NCBI RefSeq assembly: GCF_018336915.1
Contig: NZ_CP064923.1
Location: 3,180,001-3,212,000 of the forward strand
DNA from: Acaryochloris marina S15
Lineage (GTDB): Bacteria; Cyanobacteriota; Cyanobacteriia; Thermosynechococcales; Thermosynechococcaceae
Reading direction: 5' to 3'
Length of the DNA stretch: 32,000 bases
Below, piece by piece: positions 17,374 to 25,535 of this stretch. Position 1 is the first letter of the stretch. Each line of letters opens with the position of its first letter. A program made the position numbers and the translations under genes. The notes under the pieces were generated by a model that made no database searches, was not told the DNA's origin, and saw only the letters and a list, made by a program, of their open reading frames with translations.

Positions 17374-19437
17374 TTACAAAATTTTGAGAATTTTCTTGAT
17401 ATCAGCCAGATTTCTCAATGTAATTTCCCATAACCCTTCTTGAGCACGCTTAACTTGATCTTCTATCTCATCAATCTTTTGTCCAATGCTAGTCATATCC
17501 GTGACCAGAGTAGACCGCAAGTCTTCACCTTGAATTTCAGCGCCCCATTCTTGATGATGAATATCTTCCAAGAAGAAGCGTAGCTTATCGTGACTAATCA
17601 AACTATAAATTGCTTTTCCAAGTCCAAAGGGAATCATTTGAGCATGGCCTCTCATCCCGAAAGCCAAAGATATTTTACGATATTCACGAATAATCACATC
17701 TGGTGGTGCACGATGGAGATTAATTTGTTCAAGTTCAAGTCCGCGAGCTCTGAACCATGCATAAGCTTCAGCATCTGTCCGCATATGCATGAACATTTTT
17801 GGACACCACCCCTTGTTCTTTAATTCCAAAAGTGCATCAGCTACTGACCACAGAATTTCATCTTCGCGCTTGCCAAACCTAAGGTGGTGCCTATCGAACG
17901 CGATATTTACAGCAATTACATTACCCGGCTCTCTGTCATGAGTTTCCACCTTGGGATAAAATTTTTGCAGGAATGTGGTCGCACATGGTTGAAAGGTAAT
18001 CTTCGAATGCAGCTCTGGTGGAAGATATTGCTTAAGAGCTTCCATACTTCCTCGATTCCGAATCCCAAAAAAGGCACTTTTCCGAACCAGTTTTTCTACA
18101 CTTTCTCTGAATTTAGGTGAGAATTCAGGCTGACCTCTGAAGCGGTTGTAACCAACGGCAAACACAATAATTGGCACTTGAATTTTCTCTAACAGTTCGA
18201 TAGGGCAAGCCCATTGCCATCCAGACAATTCATTAAGGTTAGAGTCAGAAAGGAAAAGGCCTCCACCGCCAATTAGAACAGCATCTTGCGTATTGATTAT
18301 ATCAATGGTTTGTTCCGTAACTTTTCCTCTTAAGGGAATCAGCTCAAACTGAGTTGGCGATACATATTGCTGGAATAGCCACCTAATAGCAGGAAATAAA
18401 AGCGTATCCCCAGCATTATCATTAGCGTGTAAGCCAATATGAGCAATTTTAAGTCGAATATTCTCCGTCTCTACTGGTGTAACCGCAACATTTTCAGCAT
18501 TACATAGATCTTGGGGTGTCTTATCACGCCAGGACTTCAATTGATTCTTTAGTCGACGCTTAGCTGCTACAAGGTATTGCTTAGCAGTTCGAGATCTTTT
18601 GCTCGAACTGATATCATTTGCATCAACTACTATTTTCTTAATTCGTCGTGGATCATCCGACAGGGTAGATTGCAATGCTTTAGCTTTCTTTTGCGCTATA
18701 ATCCATAGCCCATTTCCATGCCATCCACTCTCTATTGGCTCAAAACCATTTTTGAGCATGAATGATCTTAAAACCGTTTCAGAAAATGTGTTGATGTGAA
18801 CATCCCAGAAGAAGAAATCTATACTTTCTCCATACCAACGATCAATACTTGGACACTCTATATAGAGCAAACCATCATTCTGCAACAGATCATAAATTCT
18901 ACTTAGAAAGGAATTTGGATCTGGCACATGCTCAATAACATGGAAGCTAGAAATTACATCGAATCTGTCTTCTGAAAGATAGTATTCCAACGAAGTATTC
19001 TCTATTGAAAGACCATACCTCTGCTCAACAACACTTGTATAAACAGAATCCGGCTCTAGCCCGGAGACCTTCCAACCAGCTCCCTTCATCAATCTGAGGA
19101 AGCTGGCTGTGCCACAACCAATCTCTAAGATGTTTTTTTGATCATTAGGGCTATATAATTCTGATTTCAAATGATTTTGCAGCGTTTGAAATCTAGAGAA
19201 TGCCAGTGCTTCACACTGCTTGAACTTCGCGTCATCAGGCTTGTGTAAACTTCTCTCATTGCGGGAGAAACCACCACCTGCGTATAAATTTTCCAATTCA
19301 GTAGCGCTTGGCCTGGGTAGAACAAAAACGAATCCACACTGCTCGCAAATGTAATTTTTGACATTTTTGACATGTCTCCCCTTACCGTAAATAAGACTAC
19401 GCTTATCACTTCCACAGAGCGCGCAATTATATGCCAT
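17374..19437 (-). CDS. Bifunctional fusion: Zn-ribbon + class I SAM methyltransferase (N) and polysaccharide pyruvyl transferase (C)
   Basis: N-terminus is MAYNCALCGS...YICEQCGF (4 Cys), then ILEIGCGTASFLRLMKGAGWKVSGLEPD (SAM motif I) and FDVISSFHVIEHVPDP. The C-half has KIAHIGLHANDNAGDTLLFPAIRWLF, DAVLIGGGGLF and LAFGMRGHAQMIPFGLGKAIYSLISHDK, typical of the CsaB/WcaK-type pyruvyl transferase family. I place the start at ATG 19437, which has GGAG 8 nt upstream. The track start at 19524 would overlap wzt by 50 nt and add a hydrophobic, unsupported extension. Confidence 0.75.
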   Translation of the reverse strand: MAYNCALCGSDKRSLIYGKGRHVKNVKNYICEQCGFVFVLPRPSATELENLYAGGGFSRNERSLHKPDDAKFKQCEALAFSRFQTLQNHLKSELYSPNDQKNILEIGCGTASFLRLMKGAGWKVSGLEPDSVYTSVVEQRYGLSIENTSLEYYLSEDRFDVISSFHVIEHVPDPNSFLSRIYDLLQNDGLLYIECPSIDRWYGESIDFFFWDVHINTFSETVLRSFMLKNGFEPIESGWHGNGLWIIAQKKAKALQSTLSDDPRRIKKIVVDANDISSSKRSRTAKQYLVAAKRRLKNQLKSWRDKTPQDLCNAENVAVTPVETENIRLKIAHIGLHANDNAGDTLLFPAIRWLFQQYVSPTQFELIPLRGKVTEQTIDIINTQDAVLIGGGGLFLSDSNLNELSGWQWACPIELLEKIQVPIIVFAVGYNRFRGQPEFSPKFRESVEKLVRKSAFFGIRNRGSMEALKQYLPPELHSKITFQPCATTFLQKFYPKVETHDREPGNVIAVNIAFDRHHLRFGKREDEILWSVADALLELKNKGWCPKMFMHMRTDAEAYAWFRARGLELEQINLHRAPPDVIIREYRKISLAFGMRGHAQMIPFGLGKAIYSLISHDKLRFFLEDIHHQEWGAEIQGEDLRSTLVTDMTSIGQKIDEIEDQVKRAQEGLWEITLRNLADIKKILKIL

Positions 19438-19474
19438 TTTTAGCTCCAAAAATAATGAGAAAACTACGAGAAGG

Positions 19475-20773
19475 CTAGGCAGAAGAGATATCCCAAGAAT
19501 ATGGCTGATAAAAAGCAGCGCCACTCAGATTGAAAAACGTATCTACGCTAAAATCATATGCTTCTACGAAATCTAAAGTGTTTAGAGCTCCTTGGCGAAC
19601 GACAAGCTTCATCATATAGTTACCAGGTTTGAAGCAGACCTGCGGAAAAATAACAGCTATTTTGTTCATCCCCTTACTCAATTTGATTTCTTTACCATCA
19701 TTTTGGTTGCTAATAAACAAAACTGAGTTTCCAGCGCTTAATTTCTCATAAAAATTAAGCCTCAAATTAATGTTGCTTAAATCAGTTTTCGCGTTACATA
19801 GAATAGATATTCTTGCAGATTCGCCACAATACAAAGTCTCAGAAGAATCATTTCCTTCAGATTTTATTTCAATAGATTCAATGGATAAGGTTGAAGATTT
19901 TTTCAGAAAATCTTCAACCTTATTTGTATTGTGTACAATCCTTCTATCTCCATGCTGCTGAGAATCCATGAAGATAAGATCTCTCTCATACTGAAGCACA
20001 ATTTCTCTAGCTTCTCCAACGTTTAGAAGCTTACCCCGATTTAAGTAAGCCACTTGTTCACAAACTCCCGCAATTGTTTGAGAGTTGTGACTGACCAAAA
20101 TAAATACGGTATCACTGTTTCTTAATTCTCCCAGTTTTTTATGACATTTAGCTTGGAAGCAAATATCACCTACCGCAAGAACCTCATCGACAAGAAGAAT
20201 TTCTGGCTCGGTAAAAATTGCACTGGCAAAGCCTAAACGTGCAGCCATCCCAGAACTATAACTCTGGACAGGCGCATCAATTGCATCCCCAATCTCCGCA
20301 AACGCCACTACCTCCTCAAACCGTTCATCGATCTCCTGTTTCGACAAGCCCAAAATTGCCATATTCACATAAATATTTTCCCGCCCCGTCAAAATTGGGT
20401 TAAACCCCGCCCCCAAGGCAATCAACGGCGCCACCCGTCCATTCACCTCCACCGAACCATGATCTGGCCGGATCAACCCACTAATAATCCGCAACAGCGT
20501 CGTCTTCCCTGCACCATTGGCACCCACCAGCCCCAGCGCTTCCCCCCGCTTTAGCTCAAAGCTCACATTGTTTAACGCCCAAAACTCCCCCTTACGCAGC
20601 TCTACATCTTGCCGCTGTGCGCCAAACACCTCTCCAGCAATATCCTGCACCCCATATAGCAAAGACCGCTTTAAATCACGGCAAAACCGTTTAGAAACAT
20701 TCTTCACGGACAAAACAACGCTGCCATCCTTAGACGACTGATGCATAATAGGCTCTAGATAGGTTTGTGTCAT
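19475..20773 (-). CDS. wzt: Polysaccharide ABC exporter ATP-binding protein (Wzt/KpsT type) with an extra C-terminal domain of about 170 aa
   Basis: Walker A GLVGANGAGKTTLL, signature YSSGMAARLGFA, Walker B ILLVDEVLAVGD. Residues about 265-433 extend beyond the NBD (…IESIEIKSEGNDSSETLYCGESARISILCNA…GNYMMKLVVRQG…), like the carbohydrate-binding Wzt C-domain. The start is either ATG 20773 or the adjacent GTG 20776. Confidence 0.85.
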   Translation of the reverse strand: MTQTYLEPIMHQSSKDGSVVLSVKNVSKRFCRDLKRSLLYGVQDIAGEVFGAQRQDVELRKGEFWALNNVSFELKRGEALGLVGANGAGKTTLLRIISGLIRPDHGSVEVNGRVAPLIALGAGFNPILTGRENIYVNMAILGLSKQEIDERFEEVVAFAEIGDAIDAPVQSYSSGMAARLGFASAIFTEPEILLVDEVLAVGDICFQAKCHKKLGELRNSDTVFILVSHNSQTIAGVCEQVAYLNRGKLLNVGEAREIVLQYERDLIFMDSQQHGDRRIVHNTNKVEDFLKKSSTLSIESIEIKSEGNDSSETLYCGESARISILCNAKTDLSNINLRLNFYEKLSAGNSVLFISNQNDGKEIKLSKGMNKIAVIFPQVCFKPGNYMMKLVVRQGALNTLDFVEAYDFSVDTFFNLSGAAFYQPYSWDISSA

Positions 20774-20792
20774 CACTTAAATAGGGTGAAAG

Positions 20793-21004
20793 GTTACTAC
20801 TCAGGCACTACATTTAGACTCTTGGTTTCTTAAAACACTACATATGGTGTTTGCCATTAATCTCCAAACGTCAAAATAATAAGCAATTCTCAACAAGGAG
20901 CCGCATTGCCCATTTTATTGAGAATTGAATTTCAAACAAAAATTGAGTGTAAATCTTTCTCACAGGTAGTTCTGGAGATTTTAGGGGGCAGCCTGAGTAG
21001 TTAC
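20793..21004. mobile_element. 212-bp MITE-like insertion between wzm and wzt (14-bp TIRs with 1 mismatch, 8-bp target-site duplication)
   Basis: Direct repeats GGTGAAAG lie at 20785-20792 and 21005-21012, immediately outside GTTACTACTCAGGC (20793-20806) and GCCTGAGTAGTTAC (20991-21004; rc GTAACTACTCAGGC, 13/14 match). There is an internal 10-bp inverted repeat caattctcaa/ttgagaattg. Removing the element plus one repeat copy shrinks the 243-nt wzm-wzt spacer to 23 nt. Confidence 0.75.
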
Positions 21005-21019
21005 GGTGAAAGTTTGAAT

Positions 21020-21880
21020 TTACGAGCTCATCCGCTCCACCATAAATGGCATTGCCAGGCGATACAGCATCCAGCCCAGCAGGAACAGCCCTAAGGCCAG
21101 TCCACTGGCCCACCAAAAGCCTATAACATCCGTCAATACTCCGGTTGTCGCTAGTTCCCGTGTTGTTACCAGCAATGGTGTTACCGGATTTAGCCGCACA
21201 ATGCTCCCAAATAAACCACTTTGCGGCACTTCGTAAATCACTGGTGTCAGCAGCAGCCAAGGTGCCACAATCATCGGTAATACCTTCTGCACATCTCCAT
21301 ACAGCGCCCCCAGTGGCGCTAACACCAAGCCAATCCCTGTCCCCAGCATCACCAGATGCACCAGCGCTACTGGCACCAACAGCACCGCCCAAGTCACTGG
21401 CATCTGAAACCAAACAAATAGACCCACAATCAAAATCAGCTTGATACCAAAGTTAAACGCCACCTCCCCCAGTTTCGCCAGCACCAATGCCTCACGCGGG
21501 AAATTGATTTTCGCCAACATCGCCTTTGCTGCATTGACTGCCATAATTGGCCCATTCAGCGCCTCTACAAAGGTCTGCCAAAGGGCCATACTGAACATGA
21601 CATAGGCCGGGTAGGGCAACTCCGTTTCACCCAGGTTCACTACCCCCGTATTGCGAGCCATAACCAATCCAAACGCTGTCACCACTGGCGGCATAAAAGC
21701 CCAGAAAATTCCCAGTAAAGACTGCCGATATTGAGCGCTGATATCCCGCACCAACAATCGCCAAGCCAGTTCCCGAGAAGCCAGCAAGTCACGGCCCATT
21801 TCCTGCAACATTTGCAGCGGGTGACGAATGCGGCTTTCAGGTGTGTAGATCACTCGCTTAGGAGCATGATATTGATTCAT
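21020..21880 (-). CDS. wzm: Polysaccharide ABC exporter permease (ABC-2 type, Wzm/KpsM)
   Basis: 286 aa. LAWRLLVRDISAQYRQSLLGIFWAFMPPVV is the ABC-2 N-terminal motif, followed by about 6 hydrophobic segments. It sits next to the wzt-type ATPase. GC-rich (about 60% on sampled lines). Confidence 0.85.
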   Translation of the reverse strand: MNQYHAPKRVIYTPESRIRHPLQMLQEMGRDLLASRELAWRLLVRDISAQYRQSLLGIFWAFMPPVVTAFGLVMARNTGVVNLGETELPYPAYVMFSMALWQTFVEALNGPIMAVNAAKAMLAKINFPREALVLAKLGEVAFNFGIKLILIVGLFVWFQMPVTWAVLLVPVALVHLVMLGTGIGLVLAPLGALYGDVQKVLPMIVAPWLLLTPVIYEVPQSGLFGSIVRLNPVTPLLVTTRELATTGVLTDVIGFWWASGLALGLFLLGWMLYRLAMPFMVERMSS

Positions 21881-22045
21881 AGTCTTGGGTAGATTGCGCT
21901 AAGCTATGGTTCAAGCAACTCTCTCTAAATACTGAGCCGTTCCCTTATCGGCTCCATAGTCCGACTCAATATTTATAAGTGCGTTATTTTTCCGCCCCAC
22001 TGCGACCAACCTCTATTCAGTTAAACTTCAGTCATATCGACCTAT

Positions 22046-23428
22046 CTAAGACTCTGTTTCAGGGGCAGGATGAGAGTCAGTGTTCAGGATTTGTCGATTC
22101 AGTTTCTGTTTACGCAGTTCTCGGTTGCGTAAAGATTGATCCACAACTTTGAGGTATTTCTTGGCAATAATTTGGGGTGTAAAATGCTCTTCCAAATAAC
22201 GATGGGCATTTTCACCCATCGCTTGGGCCGCTTTATGATCCTTCTGTAAATACAACAGAAAATCTGCTAACTCCTTGCCATCTCCATTCTCAATCGTTAT
22301 CCCACAATTGGCATCGGCAATTAAATCATTCAGATAGGAACTCTTAGGACATACGGCCACAATAGGACGTCCTGATGATAACGCAGAATATACTTTACTG
22401 GGTGCAACTAAATCCTGCATTCCTGGACTTACGCTGACTAAAGAAATATTTCCTGCCGTCAAAGAATAGGGCAACACCTCCTTATCCTGATAGGGTAAGA
22501 ACTGGCAATTTTTCAAACCACGGTCTTGTACCTCAGCCATCACATCAGATCGTTTTGCTCCACCCCCAATAAACACAAATTGAATCGGCTCATCCTTTAA
22601 CAAGATCATGGCTTCCAACAATGTGTCCATATCGTGGCAGCGGCCCATATTACCGGAGTAAATGACCGTAAAAATATCTACTAGGTGATATTTCCAGGCA
22701 AACCAATTTTTAGTTTTTGGAATAGGCACAATCTGTTTGGGATCTGCCCAACTATGAATCACTGAAATTTTCCCCCGCACTCTTGGACATTGCCGAATCA
22801 CCCGTCGCTTCATCGCCCCACTCAAAACGATGATCCCACTGGCATTTTTCCAAACGTAATAGTTCACCAATCGCCAAGCTTTCGCTAAAACATGATTGTG
22901 GTTAACAACATTAAGCTCAACTGCTATATCGGGATAGAGATCGTAGACCAAACAAATATAGGATTTGCCTAAGATCAAAGAAGCCAAGTATCCCAATACA
23001 GGCAAAAAAGGTGGAGCCGTTGTCAGCAAAATCACATCATACTTTCGTGCAGACCGGAGCAGATGTAACCCCGCCCGCAAAAAAAACAAAAGACCATTAA
23101 TAGCTTTACCCCGAATTTGTTTCGGCCAAAGTTGGGCGGTCCTAGAACGCTTCACCCGAACCTGATGCCGATCTTCTTTTAGAGGAGATTCTCGTTGGAC
23201 TGTAAAGGCGTATCCTGGCTGACCACTAAATACACTGACCTGTATATCTTGTTGGGATAACTGTTGGGTGATCTCATCAATCAGTTGTCCAGTCGGGGCA
23301 TAATCCGGGGGAAAGAATTGCGTAAACACCCCTAGATGTGTGTCTTTAGTAACTAGTCCCAATGTCTCAGTAGTATTGCCTTCAAGATCAAACTGCACAT
23401 CTGTTGATAAGAAATAGTTACGTGTCAT
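22046..23428 (-). CDS. Glycosyltransferase family 4, WcaI-like
   Basis: GVFTQFFPPDYAPTGQLIDEITQQL, VIYSGNMGRCHDMDTLLEA and VSPGMQDLVAPSKVYSALSSGRPIVAV. The track start at 23440 is a TTG. The first ATG is at 23428 (MTRNYFL...), and I cannot decide between them. Confidence 0.8.
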   Translation of the reverse strand: MTRNYFLSTDVQFDLEGNTTETLGLVTKDTHLGVFTQFFPPDYAPTGQLIDEITQQLSQQDIQVSVFSGQPGYAFTVQRESPLKEDRHQVRVKRSRTAQLWPKQIRGKAINGLLFFLRAGLHLLRSARKYDVILLTTAPPFLPVLGYLASLILGKSYICLVYDLYPDIAVELNVVNHNHVLAKAWRLVNYYVWKNASGIIVLSGAMKRRVIRQCPRVRGKISVIHSWADPKQIVPIPKTKNWFAWKYHLVDIFTVIYSGNMGRCHDMDTLLEAMILLKDEPIQFVFIGGGAKRSDVMAEVQDRGLKNCQFLPYQDKEVLPYSLTAGNISLVSVSPGMQDLVAPSKVYSALSSGRPIVAVCPKSSYLNDLIADANCGITIENGDGKELADFLLYLQKDHKAAQAMGENAHRYLEEHFTPQIIAKKYLKVVDQSLRNRELRKQKLNRQILNTDSHPAPETES

Positions 23429-23505
23429 AGGGGCAAACAAGTAGGAGAGTAAGCAAACCGATGTGGTTCAGTAACATTGGGGAAAATGAAGATGTTCGAA
23501 TCTAA

Positions 23506-23529
23506 ACCTCGAACATTATTGTTCGAGGT
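23506..23529. promoter_or_regulatory. Perfect 10-bp stem / 4-nt loop hairpin in the leader of the GT4 gene, with an alternative upstream pairing partner
   Basis: ACCTCGAACA ttat TGTTCGAGGT (23506-23515 / 23520-23529). ATGTTCGA at 23492-23499 can instead pair with TCGAACAT at 23509-23516. The hairpin is about 66-78 nt upstream of the GT start. Confidence 0.4.
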
Positions 23530-23872
23530 GTTTATAGGTGATGGTAATAAAAAATTTTCAGCAGGCGATCAAAGTCTAACTATCAATCTTTTAGTGGGTT
23601 ACAGCATTTGCTACATAGCGCTCTGCTTTGTAAGTTTCTGGCCATCCCACATCATTGTGTAGATCGGTGCGGTTATCCTGCGAAGTTGGATCGGAATGGC
23701 CGAAAAACATAAATGGAGGGTCATCCCTTCGAAGGCCGCAGCAATAACTCCTCCTAAGCGCAAGATTGTCCCCTGCTGTCCTCAACTCTTGGCGCGAGTG
23801 CAATCAATCCAGACTTCTAACTCTCAACCAAGTTCAGTGGGTTTAAAATGGAACTGTGGGGGGTTTAGTAAT

Positions 23873-25379
23873 CTGACTTTTCCTGCTAAGTCTTCCAGTG
23901 CTTAGTGGGTGGTATTTGTAGCCCTTAGTCTCAGCCTTGGTTAAAGTAAGTGCAGTGATACCCAGAGAGCATCTAATGAGTCCAGAGCGTTATGAGCAAA
24001 ATTTTGGAACCTGTGAGTTGGGTGATCAACGATTGAATCACCGTGCATTCAGTATCGGTCGTTCTCTGAGCGAGAAATTTGGTCAAGCCCTATCGACCGT
24101 ATTTGAGACTGGGAAAGCCCTCAAACGGTCTTACGAGTTTTCGCAAATGTGAAAACCAGCTTCGCTAAGATTATTTCTCCTCATTGTTCTATGACCGCTT
24201 GTAGCGTATCGTCGCAAGAGATGACCTTGAGTGTTGGCGACACCACCTTCCTCGACTATGAAGGTATCAAGCAGAAGCGCCAAGGCTATGGTCCCCAAGG
24301 CAGAGGGGGGAATGGATTATTACTCCATAGTGCCTTAGCCGTTGACCCTGAGCAGGGCCAACCCTTGGGTTTGTTATGGCAAAAAGTGTGGAATCGTCAG
24401 CATCGTCCCAAGCCCCCGAAGAATGAAACGTCCCGACAAAAGAAGAAACGTCAGACCAAAGCGCGTAAAACTGCTCGGGAGCGTCTATTTGAGGAAAAAG
24501 AATCCTATCGTTGGGTGGAAGCACTGCACGCAGTGGAGAAAGCTGTGGGTCCTTCAACTCGTATCATTCATGTCTTTGACCGAGAAGGAGACATTGCTGA
24601 AGTCTTTGAACGACTCAATACCCTAGACAATACGGGACTCGTGGTTAGAGCCTCTCATAATCGTTGTCTAGAACACGATCCTAATCGCCTGTGGGAAAAG
24701 CTGGAAGCCCAGAGTGTTCAGTTCGAGTATGAGATTGACTTACCTAAAACGAAAGGCCGGAGTGCGCGCACGGCTAAGTTAGCTGTGAGATGTTGTCTTG
24801 TTGAACTTCAAAGACCAGCCCGACTAGCTGCCAGTCAACCCCTTCAGGTTTACGCTGTCTATGCAACAGAAGTAGCCCCACCTGAAGGGGAAGAACCAGT
24901 GTCATGGATGTTGCTCACTAGTGAAGTCGTGACAACAGTAGAAATGGCCCAAACCATTTTGCGTTGGTACACCTACCGTTGGCGAGTTGAGGAGTATCAC
25001 AAAGTTCTAAAATCGGGCACTCAGGTGGAGCGATATCGGTTGGCATCTGAGGGAATGAAAACCTTATTGGGATTCCTGTGTGTCACTGCTGTAGAGCTGT
25101 TGCGTGTGACTTATTTAGAACGAACACAACCTCAATTACCTGCACAAGATGTCCTCACGCCTTTACAGATCAAAGTTCTCATTGCCAAGACCCCGAAGGT
25201 ACCTAAAACATTAACGGTGGCATGGGCTGTTCAAGCAGTTGCACGACTCGGGGGATATCTGGAGCATCGTCGAAACACACCGATTGGAATTCAAGTCCTG
25301 TGGAAAGGGTGGGCGAAGCTCAATGACCTGATTGAAGGCTGGCTGTTAGCTACCCAGGAGACTTAGCAGGAAAAGTCAG
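23873..25379 (+). mobile_element. IS4-family (IS50/Tn5-like) insertion sequence, 1507 bp, with 20-bp perfect IRs and a 9-10 bp target-site duplication
   Basis: IR-L is CTGACTTTTCCTGCTAAGTC (23873-23892). IR-R is GACTTAGCAGGAAAAGTCAG (25360-25379), its exact reverse complement. Flanking direct repeat GTTTAGTAAT lies at 23863-23872 and 25380-25389. The IR begins CTGACT, as does the Tn5 outside end. Confidence 0.92.
23976..25366 (+). pseudogene. Tn5-like DDE transposase interrupted by a -1 frameshift near codon 58-60
   Basis: ORF 23937-24152 (…FGTCELGDQRLNHRAFSIGRSL…KRSYEFSQM*) matches the Tn5 Tnp N-terminal DNA-binding region (ALGDPRRTARL…GAYRF). ORF 24149-25366 carries the catalytic core: VGDTTFLDY, HVFDREGDIAEVF, YTYRWRVEEYHKVLKSGTQVE and ARLGGYLEHRR…LWKGW. 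The two frames join if the run GAGTTTTCG (24135-24143) had one more T (…YEFFANVKTSF…). The total would be about 476 aa, the size of Tn5 Tnp. Confidence 0.85.
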
Positions 25380-25535
25380 GTTTAGTAATGATTACACCTA
25401 ATCAAATAAAAAAATAGAGATCATTGGTCAAACACAGAGGCTCTTAGAGATACAAGGACTTAATGATTGATCCAGATTTTTCCCAGGGGATAAAAATTAC
25501 ATCCCCAATATTACCTTTAACAAAGAGCGGATCTT

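Noticed and set aside
20871-21413. 180-aa minus-strand ORF (Gly/Ala/Ser-rich) overlapping wzm
   Set aside because: It is an alternative frame of the GC-rich wzm gene, whose own frame has clear ABC-2 permease motifs. The low-complexity composition is typical of spurious ORFs in GC-rich DNA, and its 3' end runs into the MITE.
23490-23502. GTTCGAATC string resembling a tRNA T-loop
   Set aside because: There is no flanking T-stem complement, acceptor stem or anticodon arm. The string is part of the TGTTCGA hairpin repeats described above.
23591-23905. Overlapping 70-aa (minus) and 69-aa (plus) ORFs in a locally GC-rich patch next to the IS
   Set aside because: Neither has a recognisable domain or a convincing RBS, and they overlap each other on opposite strands. 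I tried reading the patch as a riboswitch, RNase P, tmRNA or B12-box region and found no matching conserved motifs. It is left unassigned.
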